A stretch of 14,995 nt of DNA from Chlamydiia bacterium (GTDB lineage: Bacteria; Chlamydiota; Chlamydiia; Chlamydiales; Parachlamydiaceae). Below, one piece after another: positions 8,014 through 14,889 of the stretch. The notes under the pieces were generated by a model. It worked only from the letters and a program-made list of their open reading frames with translations, made no database searches and was not told where the DNA came from. The translations under genes were made by a program, and so were the position numbers. The stretch lies in contig JBBSJT010000055.1 in NCBI GenBank assembly GCA_038257035.1, positions 1-14,995 on the forward strand. Direction: 5' to 3'. How positions within the stretch are numbered: the first letter of the stretch is position 1; every line of letters starts with the position of its first letter.

Positions 8014-9073
8014 TAATGAAAAAGAAAACATTATTTTAAGTCTTGCAAACCCTTGGATTAATAATGAGAACAATATATGGCTTGCCTCAACACTTGAAGT
8101 TTATCGAAACATCGAAAAATATTTATTTCCTGAAAAGCTAGATACCGAGCGACAAAAACAAGTTATTAACCTTGTTGGTCCTGAAATTTTAAAATTAAAA
8201 CAAGAACAAAAACCGACTCTCATATTAGCAGAAGAGATTAATCCACTTGCCAAACAATTTTTAGTCGAACATTTTTTAAGCATTCAAAGTTTTCAAAATA
8301 CGCATGTCGGAGAAGCTTTTATCATAGACCAAACAGGTGAATTTTTAGCCTGCGTTAACATTCATGACCATATCCGTTTAAAAATCATCGATTGCCATGG
8401 CGAGCTAGAAAATAAATGGAATGAACTTTTAATAGCAGAATCTACCATCGGTAAAGCAATCCCTTATGCATTTTCTTCAAAGTTCGGTTTTTTAACCTCT
8501 GATCCTTCTTTTACGGGGTCGGGGCTTTTAGCAACTGTATTTTTACAACTTTCAGCATTAATACAATTGAATAAGCTTGATGAAATTCTTGAAAAACATA
8601 CCGATGAGTTGATCTTGATTACAGGGATTCAAGGAAATCCAAATGAATTTATAGGCGATGTTTTGGCTATAAGAAACAATCAGACACTTGGAGTTACCGA
8701 AGAAATGATTATTTCTTCAATTCGTGCCCTGACAACTAAATTATTAACGGAAGAAAATCGGGCAAGAAACGAAATTCGAACAAGTCAGAATGCACATATT
8801 AAAGACCTTGTCAGCCGTGCATACGCCATTTTAATACATTCGTACCAGATTGAATCTGTTGAGGCATTAAATGCCATAAGCTTGATCAAACTTGGAATAG
8901 AGCTTGGTTGGATCAGTGGATTGACTTATCTTGAACTTAACAGATTGTTTTTCAATTGTAGAAGATCGCACCTTCTTTCCAATTTTGGAGATGTTATTCC
9001 ACAGGACGAGTTGCCTCATAAACGAGCGGAGTTCATTCATGAGGCGTTTAAAAATAGCGAACTTAAAATTTAA
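8003..9073 (+). CDS. mcsB: McsB-like protein arginine kinase (ATP:guanido phosphotransferase fold) with divergent active-site motifs
   Basis: Motifs FLVEHFL, VNIHDHIRL (NEEDH position), YAFSSKFGFLTSDPSFTGSGL, NNQTLGVTEE, SRAYAIL, EALNAISLIKLG and RAEFIH. Coupled to mcsA. Confidence 0.88.
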   Translation: MKNSNEKENIILSLANPWINNENNIWLASTLEVYRNIEKYLFPEKLDTERQKQVINLVGPEILKLKQEQKPTLILAEEINPLAKQFLVEHFLSIQSFQNTHVGEAFIIDQTGEFLACVNIHDHIRLKIIDCHGELENKWNELLIAESTIGKAIPYAFSSKFGFLTSDPSFTGSGLLATVFLQLSALIQLNKLDEILEKHTDELILITGIQGNPNEFIGDVLAIRNNQTLGVTEEMIISSIRALTTKLLTEENRARNEIRTSQNAHIKDLVSRAYAILIHSYQIESVEALNAISLIKLGIELGWISGLTYLELNRLFFNCRRSHLLSNFGDVIPQDELPHKRAEFIHEAFKNSELKI

Positions 9074-10140
9074 AGATCGTATGGCAGATTAGTATAAATG
9101 ATTTCTGGTTCTTTCAAGAGTTTTGAAAGGATCAAATCAAAAACAATTTTACCTTCTTGAGTTGTTAAATCTTGAAATAATAAATCCTTTGCTGCAAAGC
9201 TACCCTTAGATGCTGCATCTTTTAAAAAGAGAAAAAATTTATAGCTTGGATCTTGTTTTTTTTGTTTATTGCCCAAAAATTCAACAAGTGCCTTCATTAA
9301 AGAGACTCTGCAATCGTTTTCAGCATCAGTTTTATTAAATTTTGCAAGGTCCGCCTTTGCTTGATTTAAGTCAGCCGGAAGAGAGAAGTGACCCTTTTTG
9401 TCTAGCAACTTTAAGTAACATAGATTAACTTCTGCAAGACTTGAATATTCCGGAGCGTTTTTTAAAGCAGCAATTTCCCTATATGTTTCCATAGCTAATT
9501 GTTTATGCATTTTTCTATATTTGTCCGTCCTTGCAAGACTTCTTCTTTGATCATGTAACTTTGCAATGTTTAGATGAGCTTCAACATCGAGGCTTTCAGC
9601 CCCAAGTTTAAAATAAGCCAAAGCCCACTCTTCATCTTTTTCAATTGTACCTCGGCCTTCCAAATAAATCTGACCCATTTCATTATATGCTACGCCACCA
9701 AGAGGAAGTTTTGCCATTTGACGCAATTCAGCTAAAGCATTTTCAAAATCATTAAGATCTTGATAAATGATTACACGTTTCGTACAGGCTGATAGTTTTA
9801 GATTTACATCAGTTGTCATGGCTAAAGCTTTTGCATATAAATCCAATGCTTCTTTTTTATCTGATTCCAAGTTAGAGGCGGCTTTATTGTTAGCTAATTG
9901 GAAAAAATCTAAATCGGTTTTTGGTTCAACTTCAATTTTTTCTTCTATAACAATCTTTTCTTCAATGATGATTTCGTTAGAAATTTCCATGCGAGGGCGC
10001 TTAACTTCTTTTGATTTTAAGCTGTCTTCCAATTGACTCATTCTTCTTTTGCTTTCTTTAATTGCTTCTGCCATTGGCACGTATTTTACACCAAATTTCT
10101 CTCGAATTGCCTTACGAACGCTTGCTGAACCGGTATCCAT
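9070..10140 (-). CDS. TPR/Sel1-like repeat protein; true start probably ATG at 10312, separated by a 1-nt frameshift
   Basis: TPR-like ALDLYAKAL...FENALAEL and Sel1-like AYNEMGQIYLEGRGTIEKDEEWALAYFKLGAESLDVEA. The frame is open upstream to ~10308. Its stop codon overlaps the convergent mcsB stop by 4 nt. Confidence 0.75.
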   Translation of the reverse strand: MDTGSASVRKAIREKFGVKYVPMAEAIKESKRRMSQLEDSLKSKEVKRPRMEISNEIIIEEKIVIEEKIEVEPKTDLDFFQLANNKAASNLESDKKEALDLYAKALAMTTDVNLKLSACTKRVIIYQDLNDFENALAELRQMAKLPLGGVAYNEMGQIYLEGRGTIEKDEEWALAYFKLGAESLDVEAHLNIAKLHDQRRSLARTDKYRKMHKQLAMETYREIAALKNAPEYSSLAEVNLCYLKLLDKKGHFSLPADLNQAKADLAKFNKTDAENDCRVSLMKALVEFLGNKQKKQDPSYKFFLFLKDAASKGSFAAKDLLFQDLTTQEGKIVFDLILSKLLKEPEIIYTNLPYDL

Positions 10141-10358
10141 GACAGGTGTTCTTTTAAAAGTTACTTTTTGGACACTAGGTGTTTCTGAAATAGTTGGGGT
10201 GTCTAAAATAATTGATGGAGCTTCAAAGGAAGAGTCATATCGGGAATGAAAGAAGTTGGCCTTCCAGGTGATAATTTTCAGGATAAAAATGGTTATTTGT
10301 AACGTTATTCATTAGTTATTTCCTTATTTATTGAATGAATTTTTATATTAAAAAGTTA

Positions 10359-10387
10359 AGTATAAGGAAGTTAAGTTTGATTGTCAA
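10359..10387 (-). promoter_or_regulatory. Sigma70/sigma66-type promoter for the Sel1/TPR gene
   Basis: On the minus strand: TTGACA (10387-10382), 17-nt spacer, TATACT (10364-10359). Followed by an AAGGA RBS and ATG at 10312. Confidence 0.75.
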
Positions 10388-10400
10388 CTTCTATTAAAAT

Positions 10401-10566
10401 GACAAAAGGGACAAAAGGGACAAAAGGGACAAAAGGGACAAAAGGGACAAAAGGGACAAAAAAACTTTGTAAATTATATCACATTAGTTATTCTTTGAAG
10501 ATACTTTCAAGACGGTGGGAATGTCCTTTTAGTCCTTTAAGTCCTTTTTGTCCCTTAAGTCCTTTA
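10401..10566. repeat. Inverted pair of 9-bp tandem-repeat arrays
   Basis: Left arm: 6 perfect GACAAAAGG units plus a partial unit (10401-10461). Spacer: 60 nt. Right arm: 5 degenerate complementary units TGTCCTTTT AGTCCTTTA AGTCCTTTT TGTCCCTTA AGTCCTTTA (10522-10566). Confidence 0.93.
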
Positions 10567-10577
10567 AAATCTTTTTC

Positions 10578-12200
10578 TCAAGGTTTATTTTGAATAACCG
10601 GAAGTATAATTTGCGATGGATAATCTTTACCCACAAATAGGCTGTTCTTTGCAACGGAACATAAGCCTTTATTGGCACCGGTTAGGCCGACGTTGAGATT
10701 TTTCTCATATTTTGGATAATTTGAACTGCTGATAGAGACACGAATTTTGTGTCCCTTTGCAAAGACCAAGCTTGTTGACCAGAGATCGACGTTAATTTCT
10801 TTTGGATGTGTCAAGTCGGGGTTTGCAGCATGGTGGAAACCGGTACGGTACATACCGTCTAAAATTAAAATGCTACGACCATCAGGGTAAACGTCAGTTA
10901 AACGCACAACAACATCAGTATCTTGTTTGTCAGAGGCAAAAAACAGTTTTGCAAAAATACGCCCTGTAATTTCAAGTTCTTCTTGTAAAACATCTGATGT
11001 GAAAGTTAAAACATCATCGCGTTGTTCAATGCATTGCTGATCTTTTGGGCCTGACTCTAAAAAGAGATTGCTTCCGCCACAAGTTGAAATAACAGCTTCC
11101 GGATCATAACGGTAAGTGAAGGCAGTTTTATTAGCTGAGGAAGCGGTTTTTGTGATTTTTTTATCTTCGTTTAAATAAAAGCTAGTAGGGGTGGAGGGTA
11201 CCGGCCAAACATCCGATGATTTCCAGACGTTTCCGGAAGATGGCTCATCAGAAAATGGTCCCATTACATAATAAGTAACGGCAGGAATTTCATCCATTCC
11301 ATTTTTAATATCTTTTAAGTGATAGTCAAACCAGCGGTTTGGCTTCATGTCAAAAGGTGGAGCATAGCCTAATTTTGGGACTTCAAAGTCGCCAAGTTTA
11401 GTTGAAAGAGGAAAATAGTGTGTCCAAGGCCCGATAATCAGTTTTTGAGTATTGCGAGCGCCTATTGCTCCCTCATTTTGTCTTGAAGTAAAGCTGTCTA
11501 ATGTGCCTTGCAAGAAGGTATCATACCATCCTCCATAATGCAATCCCGGAACTTTAACAAGATGGGCCATTTTGACAGCATCTAAATGTTCCCAAAAGTG
11601 GTTATAAAAGGGTTGGTTGCATACCTGGGCAAGAACGCCTTGGTCCTTGGCATAAAGCCCAAGCCAGCCTTCGACTTGATTTTTTAAAAGTTGTCCACCG
11701 GGAAAAATCGCATGATGGTAAAGAGAGGCGGGTGCTGTTCCAATGTATTGGCATTTAAGGGAGGGAGGTGCGGTTGGAGCCATGAGAACTTGAGTAAGGC
11801 CTGCAGCTGAAAAACCTAAAGTACCGATTTTTCCGTTGGTATATTCAGATTTTGCAAGCCATTCAACAGTGTCATAGCCATCCTGATGTTTCCACCAGCC
11901 ATCACTTAAGTAAGGAAATGTTTTACCTTCAATATCGATTGCGCTTCTTGTGTCTTGAATGGCTACAACATAGCCATAAGCATTTAAAGCAGCGTAGCTT
12001 TTCCAAGGTTCTGCGCATCTTCCGCCGGGGAGGCGTAATAGAATGCAGGGTAAATTTTTTGCGTCTTTACAGGGCAAATAAAGGTCGATGGGAAGTTCTA
12101 CGCCATCCCTCATAGGGACTTGCAAAGTGACCGTTGGCTCAAGAGCTAGTAAAACATGAATGTTAAATAAAAAAGCGAATATGTATCGAAATATTTTCAT
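10578..12200 (-). CDS. CocE/NonD-family (peptidase S15-like) alpha/beta hydrolase with probable signal peptide
   Basis: Motifs VPMRDGVELPIDLYLP, YVVAIQDTRS, DGYDTVEWLA, nucleophile GFSAAG, GGWYD, IGPWTH, and C-terminal DTDVVVRLTDVYPDG and GHKIRVSISSSNYPKY. Hydrophobic N-terminus MKIFRYIFAFLFNIHVLLA. Confidence 0.9.
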   Translation of the reverse strand: MKIFRYIFAFLFNIHVLLALEPTVTLQVPMRDGVELPIDLYLPCKDAKNLPCILLRLPGGRCAEPWKSYAALNAYGYVVAIQDTRSAIDIEGKTFPYLSDGWWKHQDGYDTVEWLAKSEYTNGKIGTLGFSAAGLTQVLMAPTAPPSLKCQYIGTAPASLYHHAIFPGGQLLKNQVEGWLGLYAKDQGVLAQVCNQPFYNHFWEHLDAVKMAHLVKVPGLHYGGWYDTFLQGTLDSFTSRQNEGAIGARNTQKLIIGPWTHYFPLSTKLGDFEVPKLGYAPPFDMKPNRWFDYHLKDIKNGMDEIPAVTYYVMGPFSDEPSSGNVWKSSDVWPVPSTPTSFYLNEDKKITKTASSANKTAFTYRYDPEAVISTCGGSNLFLESGPKDQQCIEQRDDVLTFTSDVLQEELEITGRIFAKLFFASDKQDTDVVVRLTDVYPDGRSILILDGMYRTGFHHAANPDLTHPKEINVDLWSTSLVFAKGHKIRVSISSSNYPKYEKNLNVGLTGANKGLCSVAKNSLFVGKDYPSQIILPVIQNKP

Positions 12201-12250
12201 TCTTTAGTTTTTCCTTAAACACAACCGGTCAATTGCTTAAAACGAGTTAA

Positions 12251-12541
12251 TTACTTTTTTGCAAGAGAGCGGGCTGCTAATCTTGATTTTGTACGGCTTG
12301 CTTTATTGATTTTGAAAACGCCTTTTTTAACGCCTTTATCCATCATGCTGTATACTGCGTTAAGTTTTTCTTTAATCGCTTCAGCTTCACCTTTTGGCAA
12401 GATTTCTTCAAAATTGCGAATTGCAGTTCTTACTTTTGATTTAAATGCCTTATTTCTCAAACGTTTTTTTTCATTTTGAATATCACGTTTTAGAGCTGTT
12501 GGACGCTTAACTTTTTTTACTTCTTCTTTTTCATTAGCCAT
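12251..12541 (-). CDS. rpsT: 30S ribosomal protein S20
   Basis: Basic 96-aa protein with KRDIQNEKKRLRNKAFKSKVRTAI...MDKGVKKGVFKINKASRTKSRLA; GAGG RBS. Confidence 0.96.
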   Translation of the reverse strand: MANEKEEVKKVKRPTALKRDIQNEKKRLRNKAFKSKVRTAIRNFEEILPKGEAEAIKEKLNAVYSMMDKGVKKGVFKINKASRTKSRLAARSLAKK

Positions 12542-12574
12542 TTGTTCCTCTCAGGGTTAATCTATTAAGAGAGA

Positions 12575-12603
12575 ATTATATGCAGTAGTTAATAAATTGG
12601 CAA
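12575..12603 (-). promoter_or_regulatory. Sigma70/sigma66-type promoter for rpsT
   Basis: On the minus strand: TTGCCA (12603-12598), 17-nt spacer, TATAAT (12580-12575). Confidence 0.78.
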
Positions 12604-12638
12604 GTAAGAATCTTAAGGGTTGCATTTTTTTTAAGAAT

Positions 12639-13397
12639 TCATTCCTGTTTGGTAAGTATAAAGATTTCATTGCACGAGGAACTCTCTTCAATCATGGCAA
12701 ATTTTTCTTGGATTAGATCCCTTATAAAAGGATACATATCTTTATCGCCTTGATAGATCTTTTCGCCTTCTATAGTAACATTACGTTGTGTACTTCCTTT
12801 GGGGTGAATTTCTAAAATGTTCCAACGATTATCAAAAGTGCTTTGATGAAAAACAATGATACTTGAAGATTCACATGCAAAATAAGAGTGATAATCTTTT
12901 TTATAATTTACATGCATTGCAATAAATGGGTTATTGTTTGGATCCCATCCGCGCACCATGGATTCACCAATTTTGATTTTTCCAATCTTCATTAAACCCA
13001 ATTGGCCTTTCATGGAATCCTGCCATGGCAAAATTTTCAACTCATGGACTTTCTTTTTGCCACCGCAAAGATTATAAATAACTTTTTCTGCACTTCTGTA
13101 CTGACGAAGTTTTAGGATAAAGATACATAAGCCATTAATTATTAAATCATTTTTAATGTAATCATTCTCTAGTTCGTCAATTTTTCTTTTACAAAGGATG
13201 CCTTCTAAAATGATGCTTTTTCCATAAAGCCCGATTTTATTTTCGTTCTCAAGTGTAAGTTTTTTAATGTATGCATCTCTATAGGCCACATTTACAGAGT
13301 GAATTTTGCTATCGTCGGGTAAGTATTCTTCAAAAATAAGATTTTGCACATCTTTTGGCAAAATTTCTAATGTTGAGGATGATGAGATATTATTCAT
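12639..13397 (-). CDS. Hypothetical protein with N-terminal F-box-like motif; paralog of 13593-14792; candidate secreted effector
   Basis: Ser/Asn-rich N-terminus MNNISSSST, then LEILPKDVQNLIFEEYL (F-box-like LP..V...IF..YL). Shares KIGLYGKSIILEG, IYNLCGGKKKVHELKI and GESMVRGWDPNNNPFI blocks with its neighbour. Confidence 0.7.
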   Translation of the reverse strand: MNNISSSSTLEILPKDVQNLIFEEYLPDDSKIHSVNVAYRDAYIKKLTLENENKIGLYGKSIILEGILCKRKIDELENDYIKNDLIINGLCIFILKLRQYRSAEKVIYNLCGGKKKVHELKILPWQDSMKGQLGLMKIGKIKIGESMVRGWDPNNNPFIAMHVNYKKDYHSYFACESSSIIVFHQSTFDNRWNILEIHPKGSTQRNVTIEGEKIYQGDKDMYPFIRDLIQEKFAMIEESSSCNEIFILTKQE

Positions 13398-13426
13398 TGT
13401 TAATCCATTTAACTGATTATCTAAAA

Positions 13427-13455
13427 ATCTTATCTTTTTTTTAAATAGATGGCAA
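13427..13455 (-). promoter_or_regulatory. Candidate sigma70/sigma66-type promoter for the 252-aa gene
   Basis: On the minus strand: TTGCCA (13455-13450), 17-nt spacer, TAAGAT (13432-13427), about 30 nt upstream of the ATG. Confidence 0.6.
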
Positions 13456-13481
13456 TATTTGGATTAAATTTTGGAGAGTAT

Positions 13482-13574
13482 TGTAGCACCACGCCGTGGT
13501 GCATTACTATTTTTATCATTACCGGTGGTGAAACCGCCGGAATAATTAAATAGCACCACGGAAGTGGTGCTACA
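13482..13574. repeat. Inverted pair of GTAG-type REP-like palindromes (REPIN-like) with a central hairpin
   Basis: TGTAGCACCACGCCGTGGTGC (13482-13502) and, on the opposite strand, TGTAGCACCACTTCCGTGGTGC (13574-13553). Central hairpin CCGGTGGT-GAA-ACCGCCGG (13522-13540). Confidence 0.8.
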
Positions 13575-13592
13575 TCCTAGGTAAGATTAGCT

Positions 13593-14792
13593 CTAGCTTT
13601 GCTTTGTGAGCTTGAACATGCCACGATCCGGGTTTTCTGCATCGTAGAGGCAACTGCCGGTAGTTAATAATTCTTTAACGGTCGGGAATAAATTATAGGT
13701 GGTTGAATATTGTGAATATTTCATTTCATTCTTATTTTCAATAAAGAAAGTCCCTGTTTTCCCTGTTTTTATGCCAAACTCATTAACAGAATCACCCGCA
13801 TCGCTGTGCATTAATCCTGTGAAGCCACTATTATTCCAAACCGTTGGATTATTATATCTTTGCTTCAATACAGTTATAGTATTTAAAAGTTTGCAGTCCT
13901 CGTGATCTTTTAGAGTAGAAGAATAACCGCTACCTGTTTCTTTAAGGAGTCCTTGTTGTTGAAGCATTAGAAAAACGTTTCCCGGCTTTTGCAAACTGAT
14001 TGTGAGGAAAGGGGAGCCATTGTAGTCCAAACCTCGCATCACTGTTTCACCTTTGAGGTGTTTAAAGTATTGACTTCCATTTGCGTTGCCCTCCGAAAAA
14101 ATCTTTAAATTATGGAATTTATCTTTACCCCCACAAGCATTATAAATTGTATGTTCGGTGGTTCTTTGCTGGCGGATACGTTCCATCTGAGATTTGATAT
14201 CTTCACATTTTATTGTGTATGATGAATAAAGATCACTCATGAGTTTTTTCAACTTAGGCACAGAATTTAGTTGTTGAAGAGCATCTGCCGCCCCTTGATT
14301 TGTGTAATAAAGCACATTTAAAGCTTTCTCAGATTTACCCATTGGATTGCTAAGAGCATTGGTAAAAAGAATTGGAATGGGGCTATACCAACTCTTTTTA
14401 GGCGAACTGATTGTTTCTAACTCATTTTCAATTTCTGTTTTTTGAAAATTATAAGTTTTTTCGGTTTCAAATAACTCATCGCAAAGAGGAAGTCCTTTAA
14501 GAATTAAGCTTTCTTGGTATAAACCTACTTTTTGTTCCGTCTCCATCTTCAGTTTATTGAAAAGGTTATTTCTTGATTTGTGATCGACCATGACAGTAGG
14601 ATTATAATCCTTAATGTGATCTTGTATCTCTTTAGGCAAAGCTTGAATTTTTGGTTGAATAACTTCATTGAAAAATTTGGCTTCAGAAGCGCGGTCTATT
14701 CTAACGTTCGGAACATAGCCTTTAATTTTATCTTGTATGTTTTGAGGTAAAGCTTGAAAATTTGTTTCAAAAGATGGTGTATTTGTAATCAT
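13593..14792 (-). CDS. Hypothetical protein with two tandem F-box-like N-terminal repeats and coiled-coil segments; paralog of 12639-13397
   Basis: Repeats QALPQNIQDKIKGY and QALPKEIQDHIKDY; blocks KVGLYQESLILKG, IYNACGGKDKFHNLKI and GETVMRGLDYNGSPFL; AAGGA RBS. Confidence 0.72.
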   Translation of the reverse strand: MITNTPSFETNFQALPQNIQDKIKGYVPNVRIDRASEAKFFNEVIQPKIQALPKEIQDHIKDYNPTVMVDHKSRNNLFNKLKMETEQKVGLYQESLILKGLPLCDELFETEKTYNFQKTEIENELETISSPKKSWYSPIPILFTNALSNPMGKSEKALNVLYYTNQGAADALQQLNSVPKLKKLMSDLYSSYTIKCEDIKSQMERIRQQRTTEHTIYNACGGKDKFHNLKIFSEGNANGSQYFKHLKGETVMRGLDYNGSPFLTISLQKPGNVFLMLQQQGLLKETGSGYSSTLKDHEDCKLLNTITVLKQRYNNPTVWNNSGFTGLMHSDAGDSVNEFGIKTGKTGTFFIENKNEMKYSQYSTTYNLFPTVKELLTTGSCLYDAENPDRGMFKLTKQS

Positions 14793-14834
14793 TTTTATCC
14801 TTAATTTTGAATTAATTAATTAACAATAAAGATA

Positions 14835-14863
14835 ATAATAACAGAAACATTAATTAATCGCAA
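14835..14863 (-). promoter_or_regulatory. Candidate sigma70/sigma66-type promoter for the 399-aa gene
   Basis: On the minus strand: TTGCGA (14863-14858), 17-nt spacer, TATTAT (14840-14835). Confidence 0.55.
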
Positions 14864-14889
14864 TAGTTTTAATAAAATTGGGAAATTTT

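Noticed and set aside
10401..10566. Possible CRISPR array
   Set aside because: The units are 9 bp and contiguous, with no unique spacers, and there are no cas genes in the window.
10381..10593. 70-aa ORF with TKG repeats and SPL/CP repeats
   Set aside because: It is an in-frame read-through of the 9-bp inverted arrays. It has a TTG start with no RBS and is antisense to both neighbours, so it is best explained by the DNA repeat.
13482..13574. CIRCE (HrcA operator), suggested by TAGCAC...GTGCTA
   Set aside because: The arms are TAGCACCAC rather than TTAGCACTC, the spacing is not N9, and no chaperone gene follows. A REP-like structure fits better.
6141..13905. Short ORFs 6141-6500, 8101-8283, 9767-10036, 10049-10249, 11852-12115 and 13699-13905
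   Set aside because: They are antisense overlaps of longer, better supported genes.
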